64,000 bases of DNA from Phycisphaeraceae bacterium (GTDB lineage: Bacteria; Planctomycetota; Phycisphaerae; Phycisphaerales; Phycisphaeraceae): the NCBI GenBank assembly GCA_963674705.1, contig OY771506.1:3136001-3200000 (forward strand), given 5' to 3'. A program made the position numbers and the translations under genes. Positions within the stretch are counted from its first letter, which is position 1. Each line of letters opens with the position of its first letter. Shown piece by piece: positions 38,875-48,362 of this stretch. The notes under the pieces were generated by a model. It was not told the origin of the DNA. It saw nothing but the letters and a program-made list of their open reading frames with translations, and made no database searches.

Positions 38875-39747
38875 TCAGGCCGCGAGACTCAGCCTCGGTT
38901 GGTTGGTTCGCGCATCGGTGTCCTCACCGAAGCTTGGCACCATGTCATCCAGGACTTGCCGCACCATCAGCGGCGTAACACGACGTACTTCCTTGACGAA
39001 TCCGAGCAGCAGGCAGTTGTCGCAGACAACATTGACGAGGCGCGGGATGCCCCGGGTTGCTTCGTACATTGCCGAGATCGAATCACCGCTGAAACTGACT
39101 GCCACATTACGCGGGTCTTTGCTTGCCGCTTTGAGGCGGTGGGCGATGTACCCGGCAGTGTCGTGCAGGCTCAATGGTTTGAGCTGTTTGGCCATGACGA
39201 TCCGCTGACGCAGTGCGCTGAGCCTGGGCGACGCGATGTGATCGCGCAGTTCGGGTTGCCCAACGAGCACGAGTTGCAGGAGCTTGGTCGTGTTGGTGTC
39301 GAAGTTGCTGATGAGGCGAAGTTCTTCCAAAGCTTCGGTTGAGAGCGTTTGGGCTTCGTCGATGAACAGCACGACCGGGCGGTTGGCGTCGGCCTGGGTG
39401 TTCAGGTAGAGCTCGAGCCTTTCAAGCAACCGAGCATGGTCGTCACGGTCACGGGTTCGCACGTTCAGCGCCCGCAGCACGTGGCGGATCAGCTCGCTGG
39501 ATTCACGGTGGCCGTGCACGAGACGGACGATCGTCGCGTCCTGGCCGCAGCGTTGGAGCATGGTGCGGCCGACGGTCGTTTTGCCGGAGCCGATGTTGCC
39601 GGTGACAAGGACGATACCTTTGCGCATGCGGATCGTGTACTCGATCGCTGCCAGCGCCTCACGGTGTTGTTCACTGGCGTAGAAGAAACGCGGATCGGGC
39701 GTGTTCTCGAACGGCATCGTGCTGAAGTTGTAGTACTTGTCGTACAT
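38875..39747 (-). CDS. ExeA-family AAA ATPase
   Basis: PFENTPDPRFFY, TGNIGSGKTT, IDEAQ, LVGQPEL, GIPRLVNVVCD. Confidence 0.92.
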   Translation of the reverse strand: MYDKYYNFSTMPFENTPDPRFFYASEQHREALAAIEYTIRMRKGIVLVTGNIGSGKTTVGRTMLQRCGQDATIVRLVHGHRESSELIRHVLRALNVRTRDRDDHARLLERLELYLNTQADANRPVVLFIDEAQTLSTEALEELRLISNFDTNTTKLLQLVLVGQPELRDHIASPRLSALRQRIVMAKQLKPLSLHDTAGYIAHRLKAASKDPRNVAVSFSGDSISAMYEATRGIPRLVNVVCDNCLLLGFVKEVRRVTPLMVRQVLDDMVPSFGEDTDARTNQPRLSLAA

Positions 39748-39774
39748 GTTGGCTCATCCGTGTCCGTTAAGCGG

Positions 39775-41445
39775 TTATTCCTTGGGTTCAATCGCTTCCA
39801 GGTTGGGTGTCTCAGAGGCTTCGGCGGAAGGCATCTGGAAGACCCACGAGGCTTTGGCTTTGAGGTTGTCCAGGACGTCCGGTTTTTCCAGGTCCAGGTA
39901 AAGGATCGTGACCATCCCGATGAGTGCGGCGGCCATCACGGTTGCGTTGGTCGGGTACAGGATCAGGTTCCGCATGCGTCGGACCTTGCGTTGCTGACGG
40001 CTGATCAGTTCGCTGACCGAACCGAGCAGGGGCAGGTCGAAGGCACGTGCCAGTTCATCACCTGAGGCGAATGTTTCGTCGGTACGGTGAGCAAAGAAGA
40101 CGCTGAGCGAACCGGCCATCAAGCCCAGGCCGATCGCGGCCATCAGGACCTGTGCCAGATTCGGTGAAACGGGTTTGACATTGACGGTGCCGGGACGGAC
40201 GAAGTCAAGTTCGATGCCACGGTTACCCGATTCGGCCGCGAGTGTCATCTCGACACGGCGAAGGTTTTCTTCCCAGAAAGTCAGTTGACGCTGAGCCTGG
40301 TCAACCTGGCGGGACAGCTTGCGGTATTCACTGCGGACCGGGAACATGTCGTCGGTCTGTGCCGCCATCTGTTCGACCTGGCCGGTGACGACCTCGATCT
40401 GACTGGTCAAGGCTTCTTCTTCTGTGATCGCCTGGGTGTATTGCAGCTCAAGTTCGGCGAGTTTCGGATTGGCCTTGTGTTGCTCCTGGGCAACGATGAT
40501 TTTGTCTGTGTTGTCAATAGTGATTTGAAGGTCTGCGATGCGCTGCTTAAGCGTGATGACTTCGGGGTGGGCCGGCTTCATCTTTAAGACATCGGTGTAG
40601 TTGGTAAGCTGGTCGGACAGCGACCGCATCTTGTCTTCAAGGCGTGTCAGCTCGGGATTGGGGGCCGTGATCTGTTCGGGGATCGTTGCGGGCGTGTTTT
40701 CGATCGCGGTTTTCAGGTTGCGGGCACGTACGATGGCGGCGTCGCGTTCCGCGATAATGTTCTGCAGTTCGGTCTCCCGATTACCGAGCCGGTCCTGCAT
40801 GCCGTTGGCACTTTCCGGCAGCAGATCGCCGTTGTTGATTTCAAACTGAAGCAACCGGGTTTCCAGGTCTTCAATATGATTGCGGCTATTAGAGACTTCC
40901 TGTTCGAAGAATTCGGCAGATTCGTTGAGCCGCTGCTCCATAGCATCCTTGGTGCGGCGGATGTAGTTCTTCACCAGGCCGTTGACGACCAGCTTGGAGA
41001 CTTCGGGATCCGGACACGTGTATCCGACACGCACACGGTCCAGGGAGCCGGAGGAAACGTCCCAGTGAACGATCGTGCCGCGCAGGATATTGTTGCGCAG
41101 GACCTGTCGATCGAGGGTGGTGCGGATCGTACCACGGGCGATCAGTTCCGGTTCGATCTGTTCTAACAGTTCATCGACGGCGCGATGGCCGGTGATTTCT
41201 TCGACCAGTGAGTTGCGGGGCTCCTGGAAGTTACGTGTTGCACCCTTAGCGGTCATCTCGGTGAGGACCATATCGGTGCGCCGTTCGAACATCGCCTCGG
41301 AGCTGTACTTTCGGGGAAGCATCATGCTCATCCCGAGTACGCCCAGTGTGATCGCGAACGCTGGGAGGATAAACCGCCACCGGTAGCGAAGCAGCAGCTC
41401 CCAGAGTTCAAGAACGGCATTTTGTTGAGTGTTTTTTTGACTCAT
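39775..41445 (-). CDS. Polysaccharide co-polymerase (GumC/Wzz/Wzc N-domain)
   Basis: N-terminal TM, P.KY.S.A, periplasmic coiled coil with HPEV, PVSPN and C-terminal TM. Confidence 0.88.
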   Translation of the reverse strand: MSQKNTQQNAVLELWELLLRYRWRFILPAFAITLGVLGMSMMLPRKYSSEAMFERRTDMVLTEMTAKGATRNFQEPRNSLVEEITGHRAVDELLEQIEPELIARGTIRTTLDRQVLRNNILRGTIVHWDVSSGSLDRVRVGYTCPDPEVSKLVVNGLVKNYIRRTKDAMEQRLNESAEFFEQEVSNSRNHIEDLETRLLQFEINNGDLLPESANGMQDRLGNRETELQNIIAERDAAIVRARNLKTAIENTPATIPEQITAPNPELTRLEDKMRSLSDQLTNYTDVLKMKPAHPEVITLKQRIADLQITIDNTDKIIVAQEQHKANPKLAELELQYTQAITEEEALTSQIEVVTGQVEQMAAQTDDMFPVRSEYRKLSRQVDQAQRQLTFWEENLRRVEMTLAAESGNRGIELDFVRPGTVNVKPVSPNLAQVLMAAIGLGLMAGSLSVFFAHRTDETFASGDELARAFDLPLLGSVSELISRQQRKVRRMRNLILYPTNATVMAAALIGMVTILYLDLEKPDVLDNLKAKASWVFQMPSAEASETPNLEAIEPKE

Positions 41446-41470
41446 ATCACGCTACTTTCAACACGACGGA

Positions 41471-42241
41471 CTACTCTTCTGCACGTGGGCCGTAAGTCGA
41501 ATAGCCTCTGGCTTCGTACTGGATATCCCCAGGCCCTGCGATCGTCGAGGCGATCGGCTGGAAGGGCAGCAAAAGCTGCTGGAAACCCAGCGCGACGGAC
41601 GCCAAAGGTGTCGGCGGGACATAGATGATGTCACCTTCCTCCATCACCGCGTTGAGGAGTGTGTCGCCTTCCTTGACCATCTTGTCCAAGTCGACTGTCA
41701 TCTTGCGGATCATCTCACCGTCCGCATTAGGGCGCATAACCTGGATCTTCGTGGGGTCGGCCAGCCGCGTAGGCTGGGCTTTCGCCATGGTGCCTAAGAT
41801 GGTGTTTGCACCGTTATAGGCGTAGGGTCCGGGGCGTGTGACTTCACCGAACACGAAGATCTTCTTGCTGGAGTATTCAACAACGCGCACCGAAACGTCG
41901 GCGTCCTCGTAGTATTCCTGTGCCAGAAGCGTGAGTTCGGCCTCAACTTCCTCACTGGTCATACCCGCGACGTAGACGCGGCCCAGCAACGGCAGATTGA
42001 TCTTGCCGTCCGGGCTGATGGTTTCGGTGTGGCGGTGGATCTCCCGCACACGCTTGGAGTAAATCTGTACCGTGTCGGGCGGCGCCATGCGGTATTCGGT
42101 GGCCGTCACCACGGGGCGTGGCTCATTGATGAATGAGCTGTAGTCCGTGTAGGTTTTGGCACAACCGCTGAGCATGAACGCGCAGACCAACAGCAGCAAA
42201 CCGGCAATCGGGCCATGATTTTGGGCCATGCTATTTCGCAT
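41471..42241 (-). CDS. Polysaccharide export lipoprotein (Wza/OPX family)
   Basis: Lipobox LSGC, YRMAPPD, PDGKINLPLLG.V.VAG.T, VFGEV..PG.Y, GDIIYVP. AGGAG RBS before 42241. Confidence 0.9.
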   Translation of the reverse strand: MRNSMAQNHGPIAGLLLLVCAFMLSGCAKTYTDYSSFINEPRPVVTATEYRMAPPDTVQIYSKRVREIHRHTETISPDGKINLPLLGRVYVAGMTSEEVEAELTLLAQEYYEDADVSVRVVEYSSKKIFVFGEVTRPGPYAYNGANTILGTMAKAQPTRLADPTKIQVMRPNADGEMIRKMTVDLDKMVKEGDTLLNAVMEEGDIIYVPPTPLASVALGFQQLLLPFQPIASTIAGPGDIQYEARGYSTYGPRAEE

Positions 42242-42276
42242 CGGCAGGCTCCTAACGGTCTGTCGGGACACCGACG

Positions 42277-42942
42277 TCAACACGCCGTGGGGTCCCAGAC
42301 CCTCGGTAACGTTTCGAGGATCAGCTTTACGTCTTTTAACAGGCTCCGATTACGCAGGTAGCGCAGGTCGTAAGCCAATTTTCGTCTCATTCCCTCAACA
42401 TCATTGCTGTAGCCATTGCGGACCTGTGCCAGCCCGGTCAACCCCGGGGCGGCGGCGAGACGTCGCTCGATGCCCGGCAGGTCCTGGCGTAGTTCTTCGA
42501 TGATCTCCGGCCGTTCCGGTCGTGGACCCACCAGGCTCATATGACCGAGCAGGATGTTGACCAGTTGCGGCAACTCATCGACGTGGCTCTTGCGGATCCA
42601 CTGGCATCCGGGCAGAACCCTGGGGTCGCCGCTGGTTGCACACTGTGCGCCGTTGACTTCGGCGTTCAGGGACATCGTGCGGAACTTATAAAGCCGGAAC
42701 AGCCAGCCGTTGCGACCGACACGCCATTGCCGGTACAGCACGGGGCCGCCGTCCACGAGTTTGATCCACAGCCCACAGGCGACCATGATCGGCAACAGGG
42801 CGATCAACCCGATCGACGATGCGACGATATCAAGGACCCGTTTCTCGGCCTCGAATCGCCACCCGGGGTCGCGCAGTGAAAATGCCTTGGGGGCGTTCTC
42901 ATTGGCTTGGCTGGTTTTTAACTCGTGACTTTCCATACGCAT
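42277..42942 (-). CDS. Priming polyprenyl-phosphate sugar transferase (Bac_transf)
   Basis: KRVLDI, KFRTM, DPRV, DELPQL.N...G.MSLVGPRPE, PGLTGLAQV. Confidence 0.93.
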   Translation of the reverse strand: MRMESHELKTSQANENAPKAFSLRDPGWRFEAEKRVLDIVASSIGLIALLPIMVACGLWIKLVDGGPVLYRQWRVGRNGWLFRLYKFRTMSLNAEVNGAQCATSGDPRVLPGCQWIRKSHVDELPQLVNILLGHMSLVGPRPERPEIIEELRQDLPGIERRLAAAPGLTGLAQVRNGYSNDVEGMRRKLAYDLRYLRNRSLLKDVKLILETLPRVWDPTAC

Positions 42943-43259
42943 TCACAATCTTCCGTAAACAGACTATGAGAGCCTGTCCTGAACGCTATCGGTGTGTCGG
43001 TGGCGCTACTTAATCAAGCTGGGCGATTGGTGAGGGATATAACGCCGGTACGGACCGGAACGGGTGAAACGGGCGAGCCTATCGGACGGACATTGCCGGT
43101 CAAAACAGATAAGAGCAGTTAAACGTTCAGTTAAAACAGGTACCCACACGTTTGGTCGATGAATAGCCAGCGGTTAGACTTATCTTTTCGACAATGGTCG
43201 AACCGATTCGGGGCTGAAGGGTGCGATGTATTCAACCATCCGGATCTAGAGGGCAATAA

Positions 43260-45068
43260 ATGACTTGGGAAGCTTGGGTGACGCTGGGGACCGTGCTCCT
43301 GATTGCGCTGGCGATGCTGCGCGGTTTGGCTGGGCCTGACACGGTTCTGCTGGCAGGTCTGGCGCTACTCATGGTTTTCGGACTATTCTCGGACGCGTTT
43401 CCCAGCGAGGCACAGGCCGTGGCGGGTTTCGGCAATGAAGCGGTTATTACAATCGCTGTTCTTTTTGTCATTGCCGAGGGATTGAATCAGACCGGCGCGA
43501 TGGGATTGGTCGTGCATCCTTTATTAGGGCGGCCCAAATCCATCACGTCCACGATAATGCGTCTGACGATTCCCGTTGCCGGGCTCAGCGCGTTCATGAA
43601 TAACACGCCGATCGTCGCGATGTATTTGCCGGTGGTTAATGACTGGTCCAAGAAAATCGGGCTCTCTCCGTCGAAGTTGTTTATCCCCCTCAGTTATGCG
43701 GCGATTCTGGGCGGGTCGTGCACGCTGATCGGCACGGCGACCAATCTGTTTGTAGCCGGCCAGGTCGAGAACGCACAGCAGCAGCGCGGTGAATTGATGG
43801 ACATCACGATTAATATGTTCACAAACACCAAGCTGGGTTTGCCATGCGCTTTGGTGGGATTGGCTTATCTCTTTTTTATCGCCCCGCGTATGTTGCCTGA
43901 CCGCCGTACGCCCGTGCAGGCAGGTGGGGATAGCCGGCGTTACACCGTGGAAATGCTGGTCGAATCGAAGAGCCCGATCGCCGGCAAAACAATTGAGCAG
44001 GCGGGCCTGCGATCGTTACCCGGCGCGTACATCGTCGAGATTGATCGTAACGGCGAACGTATCGCCGCTGTCGGTCCGGAGCAGGTTTTACATGCAGGCG
44101 ACCGTTTGATTTTCGCCGGCATCGTTGATTCTGTCGTGGACCTGCAACGCACCCGAGGCCTGGTGCCCGCTACGGACCAGGTCTTCAAGCTATCGGACCC
44201 GCGGCCGGACAGACGCCTGGTCGAGGCGGTGGTCAGTGATACGTGCCCTCTGGTGCGCAAGTCGATTCGTGAAGGTCAATTCCGTACCGTCTACAGCGCC
44301 GCCGTCATCGCGGTGCACCGTGCCGGGCAGCACCTGGGTAATCAGAAGATCGGCGACATCGTGCTCCAGCCCGGCGACACCCTTTTGCTGGAGACGCACC
44401 CACGTTTCGTTGACACTCAGCGCAACCGCCGGGACTTCTTTCTTGTGTCTGCGGTTGAAGGGTCCAAGCCTATCCGATACGAGCGGGCATGGGTCGCGCT
44501 ACTGTTGCTGCTATCGATGGTGATGGTGGCTACACTCACGCCGATGAGTCTGGTCGCTGCCGCGTTGGTCGCCTCGGGCCTGATGGTTGTGACCGGCTGT
44601 TGCACTCCAGGTGAAGCAAGGCAAAGCATCAACTGGCGCGTCATCTTGACAATGGGTGCGGCGATCGGCGTGGGCGAATCTCTGGATTCCACCGGCGCCG
44701 CCCGACATGTCGCCGAGTGGATTGTCAGTATCTGTCAGTCACTGGGGCCGCGTGGCATTCTCCTGGGTATCTACATCATCGGCATGTGCCTGACCTCCCT
44801 GATCGGGCCGATCGGCACGGTCGGGCTTCTGTTCCCCATTGCCAAGGCGACCGCGTTGGCGCAAGACCTCAGTTTCATGCCTTTTGCCATGTCGCTCATG
44901 GCGACCGCCACCGCAAGTTTCGCTTCACCGACCGCCTACCAGACCAACCTGATGGTTTACTCCGCCGGTGGGTACAAGTTCACCGATTATGTCCGAGTCG
45001 GCCTGCCGTTGAACATGATCATTATGGTCATCACCATTATCCTTGCGCCGATTATCTGGCCGTTTTAG
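43260..45068 (+). CDS. SLC13/CitMHS-family permease with TrkA-C domains, paralog 1
   Basis: SAFMNNTP, LGGSCTLIGTATN, two RCK_C repeats, YQTNLMVY..GGYKF.DY. Confidence 0.92.
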   Translation: MTWEAWVTLGTVLLIALAMLRGLAGPDTVLLAGLALLMVFGLFSDAFPSEAQAVAGFGNEAVITIAVLFVIAEGLNQTGAMGLVVHPLLGRPKSITSTIMRLTIPVAGLSAFMNNTPIVAMYLPVVNDWSKKIGLSPSKLFIPLSYAAILGGSCTLIGTATNLFVAGQVENAQQQRGELMDITINMFTNTKLGLPCALVGLAYLFFIAPRMLPDRRTPVQAGGDSRRYTVEMLVESKSPIAGKTIEQAGLRSLPGAYIVEIDRNGERIAAVGPEQVLHAGDRLIFAGIVDSVVDLQRTRGLVPATDQVFKLSDPRPDRRLVEAVVSDTCPLVRKSIREGQFRTVYSAAVIAVHRAGQHLGNQKIGDIVLQPGDTLLLETHPRFVDTQRNRRDFFLVSAVEGSKPIRYERAWVALLLLLSMVMVATLTPMSLVAAALVASGLMVVTGCCTPGEARQSINWRVILTMGAAIGVGESLDSTGAARHVAEWIVSICQSLGPRGILLGIYIIGMCLTSLIGPIGTVGLLFPIAKATALAQDLSFMPFAMSLMATATASFASPTAYQTNLMVYSAGGYKFTDYVRVGLPLNMIIMVITIILAPIIWPF

Positions 45069-45105
45069 AGCAATTTGCATGCTTTATGACCGTCATTCCC
45101 GCGCA

Positions 45106-46086
45106 CGGGCTTTATGCGCCATTTGCTTTAAGTGCTGGCGCTTTCGTACGTTTGCGCCCATACTGGTGAGAGCCTTACTCGACCTTACTCGACAAGGAGT
45201 CACCAGCATGGAACGCGAACTGTGGCACATCTTAGCAACACACCTCACTCACTTGGCAACCTGCACTCGGCGTGGCCGATTCACGCACCCGGTTACACGC
45301 ATCGTCCGTGTCTATCTCTGGGCGGTGCTGCATGATCGGCCGGTGTACTGGGCGTGTGATCGTCGCAACTGGGTCGGCGTCAAGCCGCCGGCGGTGTTGC
45401 CGGATCAATCGACGATGAGCCGACGACTCGCCCGGCACGAGACACGCAAGGTGTTGGACGTGTTGATGGATCGACTCGAACCACAAACCCAACAAGCGCT
45501 GACCCTGCGCATCGATGGCAAGCCGTTGCCCGTTGCCAAGCACAGCGCCGACCGTCGGGCGACGATCGGCCGCGGGGCCGGCGGGTTCCAGAAAGGCTAC
45601 AAATATCACGCGATTTATGCGGATAATAACCGTCCCGTCGCCTACCGCGTCACGCCGATGAACGTCGACGAACGCGTCGCCGCCAAGCAGATGATCGGCC
45701 AGCAGCCGCACGGCGAAGGCTACCTGCTGGCCGACGCCAACTACGAAACCAACCCGCTTTATGACCAGGCCGCCGAAGCCGGCCGCGTCCTGGTGACGCC
45801 GCGCCGCTTCCGACGCGCCAAAGGCCTGGGCCAGTCACGCCAACACAGCGAGCACCGTGTGGCGATGATCCAACGCATGCGTTCGCCTTCACCGTTCATC
45901 CGCCGACTGCTCGCCACACGCCGCCAGGTCGAGACACGCCTGGCCAACCTGTGCAACTTCGGCGGCGGCCTGACGCACCTGCCGCCATGGGTGCGAGGCC
46001 GACGTGTTGAACCTTACGTGACCGCCAAAATCCTGATCCGCCTCGCACGTGACCATGTGATCCGACAACGTAGTGCATAAAGCCCG
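45106..46086 (+). mobile_element. Insertion sequence (~981 bp, IS5/IS982-like DDE)
   Basis: 12-bp perfect IR CGGGCTTTATGC / GCATAAAGCCCG, 2-bp flanking duplication CA, single transposase ORF. Confidence 0.88.
45208..46080 (+). CDS. DDE transposase (290 aa)
   Basis: PDQSTMSRR, IDGKPLPV, GYKYHAI, LLADANY, R.QVE. AAGGAG RBS, stop lies in the right IR. Confidence 0.9.
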   Translation: MERELWHILATHLTHLATCTRRGRFTHPVTRIVRVYLWAVLHDRPVYWACDRRNWVGVKPPAVLPDQSTMSRRLARHETRKVLDVLMDRLEPQTQQALTLRIDGKPLPVAKHSADRRATIGRGAGGFQKGYKYHAIYADNNRPVAYRVTPMNVDERVAAKQMIGQQPHGEGYLLADANYETNPLYDQAAEAGRVLVTPRRFRRAKGLGQSRQHSEHRVAMIQRMRSPSPFIRRLLATRRQVETRLANLCNFGGGLTHLPPWVRGRRVEPYVTAKILIRLARDHVIRQRSA

Positions 46087-46143
46087 CAGGCGGGAATCCA
46101 CGCGCCCAGTGAAATCCTGGAGCATTCTTAGTGCAACTGTTTT

Positions 46144-46224
46144 GGGTGCCACACTTTGACCTGAAAGGCAAAGTGTGTTGTGTTAACGCACACTTTGCTG
46201 CTGCGCAGTCAAGGTGTGGCACCC
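46144..46224. repeat. REP doublet GGGTGCCACAC...GTGTGGCACCC
   Basis: 11-bp terminal IR with internal hairpins CACACTTTG/CAAAGTGTG. Confidence 0.75.
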
Positions 46225-46467
46225 CGAAACACGACGCCTGGATTATGAATGACCTGGACGTGGACCCCGCGTGCGCGGGGATGACAGCAAATGGAGCGGA
46301 CTCAAACGATGCAAATCGCTCTAAGCCAACCGCAGCGAACGATTCTCTCTCTCGCTTAGGGAACAGAGCCTGTTTGTGTGTAAAATGTGCGATCCTGTAA
46401 GGATGGATGGTAGGCCGTCCGAGATATAAGTGGTGAAAGTTGACGTAAGAGATTTAAAGGATAACGG

Positions 46468-48270
46468 ATGACGTGGGAAGCCTGGTTCACGATAGTGGTG
46501 GTGGTGTTGGTGCTTGTGGCGCTGGCGCGGAACTGGTCGGGGCCAGACATCATCCTGTTAGGAGGTCTGAGTCTGCTGGTGACGGCGGGCTTGTTCTCCA
46601 CCGATGGCAAGCTGCCCACCGCTGGCAAAGCGTTTTTGGGTTTTGGTAACAGTGGGCCGATTACGGTTGGTGTTTTATATGTCGTTGTAGCCGGGCTGGT
46701 AAAAACCGGTGCGATGACACTTATTACCCAGCCGCTGCTTGGGATGCCCAAGACCGCGCTAGGCGCCCAACTCCGCCTGCTGTTGCCGGTCGGGACGCTG
46801 AGCGCTTTCCTTAATAACACGCCGGTGGTGGCGATGTTTATCCCGGTGGTGCAGGACTGGTGTAAGAAGACGGGGATCAGCCCGTCCAAGTTGCTTTTGC
46901 CGTTGAGTTACGTCTCGATCTGCGGGGGGATGTGCACACTTGTTGGCACGAGCACGAACCTGGTTGTCAACGGCCTGCTGGTCTCGGACGCAGACATGAA
47001 GATGCCGCAGGGGCTGGGCATGTTTCAGATCGCCTGGCTGGGTTTACCGGTAGGGGCGGTATGCGTGACGTATCTGTTATTAGTGTCCAGCAAGTTGTTG
47101 CCCAGCAGGCAGGCTGCGCTCAGTGCATCGGACGATCCCAGGCAATACACGGTAGAGATGACGGTCGCGGCTAACGGACCGCTGGTTGGCAAGACGATTC
47201 AGGAAGGTGGATTGAGACATCTGCCCGGCCTGTTTTTGGCGGAAATCGATCGCCAGGGGCATGCGTTACCGGCGGTGGGTCCTAACGAAAAGCTTCAGGC
47301 CGACGACCGTCTGATCTTCGTGGGGATCATTGACTCCGTCGTCGATCTGCGAAAAATCCGGGGTCTGGTACCGGCCGAAGACCATGTATTCAAACTCAAC
47401 GAATCGCAAACCTACCGCACGATGATCGAAGCGGTGGTGTCGGATAGTTGTCCGCTGGTGGGCAAGACGATCCGCGAAGGGCGATTCCGATCGGTCTACA
47501 GCGCGGCCGTGTTGGCTGTTGCGCGTAACGGCAGCCGGATCCGTAACCAGAAGATCGGCGACATCGTGCTGCGTGCCGGTGATACGCTGCTGCTTGAGGC
47601 CGGGCCGGGCTTCATCGACCAGCAGCGCAACAGCCGGGACTTTTACCTGGTCAGCCGGATCGAGGATTCTGCGCCGATCCGTCACAACCGTGCATGGATC
47701 GCGCTGGGAACGCTTGCCGCGATGATCGTGACGGTCGCGTTTGGCTGGCTGAGCATGCTGCACGCCGCGATGCTGGCGGCCGGCGTCATGATCATCTCAC
47801 GCTGTTGCACAGGCACCGAGGCTCGTAAGAGTGTGGACTGGCAGGTGCTGCTGGTGATCGGCGCGGCGCTGGGCGTCGGTAGCGCCATTGAATCCAGCGG
47901 CGCTGCATCCTTCATCGCGGGGAAACTGATCGGCCTGGCCGGCGGGCATCCGTGGTTCGTCCTGTTGATGGTGTACCTGGTGACGACGCTGTTCACCGAG
48001 GTGATCACGAACAACGCCGCCGCGGTGATGGTGTATCCGATCGCCAAGGCCAGTGCGATTGGGATGGATGTGAGTTTCCTGCCCTTTATTTTTGTGATCA
48101 TGATCGGTGCATCCGCGAGCTTCGCCACGCCTCTGGGTTACCAGACGAACACCATGGTCTACGGCGTCGGTGGCTATCGCTTCGGGGACTACATCAAAGT
48201 CGGTCTGCCTATGAACCTGCTGGTGATGACGGTGGCGGTGATCATCGCACCGATGATCTGGCCTTTCTGA
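46468..48270 (+). CDS. SLC13/CitMHS-family permease with TrkA-C domains, paralog 2
   Basis: Colinear with paralog 1 (MTWEAW..., NNTP, GTSTN, TNNAAA, YQTN, PMIWPF). Confidence 0.92.
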   Translation: MTWEAWFTIVVVVLVLVALARNWSGPDIILLGGLSLLVTAGLFSTDGKLPTAGKAFLGFGNSGPITVGVLYVVVAGLVKTGAMTLITQPLLGMPKTALGAQLRLLLPVGTLSAFLNNTPVVAMFIPVVQDWCKKTGISPSKLLLPLSYVSICGGMCTLVGTSTNLVVNGLLVSDADMKMPQGLGMFQIAWLGLPVGAVCVTYLLLVSSKLLPSRQAALSASDDPRQYTVEMTVAANGPLVGKTIQEGGLRHLPGLFLAEIDRQGHALPAVGPNEKLQADDRLIFVGIIDSVVDLRKIRGLVPAEDHVFKLNESQTYRTMIEAVVSDSCPLVGKTIREGRFRSVYSAAVLAVARNGSRIRNQKIGDIVLRAGDTLLLEAGPGFIDQQRNSRDFYLVSRIEDSAPIRHNRAWIALGTLAAMIVTVAFGWLSMLHAAMLAAGVMIISRCCTGTEARKSVDWQVLLVIGAALGVGSAIESSGAASFIAGKLIGLAGGHPWFVLLMVYLVTTLFTEVITNNAAAVMVYPIAKASAIGMDVSFLPFIFVIMIGASASFATPLGYQTNTMVYGVGGYRFGDYIKVGLPMNLLVMTVAVIIAPMIWPF

Positions 48271-48362
48271 CGCAGATTCTTGGCCTGAAGAATTAAGCTG
48301 CTACCATTATCCGACCGTCAATACGGGCGTTGGTTTCATTTTTACTCATACAAGGCAGCACC

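Larger units (their letters stand above)
45066..46323. mobile_element. MITE-like composite element enclosing REP pairs and an IS
   Basis: Terminal IR TAGAGCAATTTGCAT / ATGCAAATCGCTCTA (14/15). A similar end TAGAGCGATTTGCA occurs at 14519. Confidence 0.7.
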
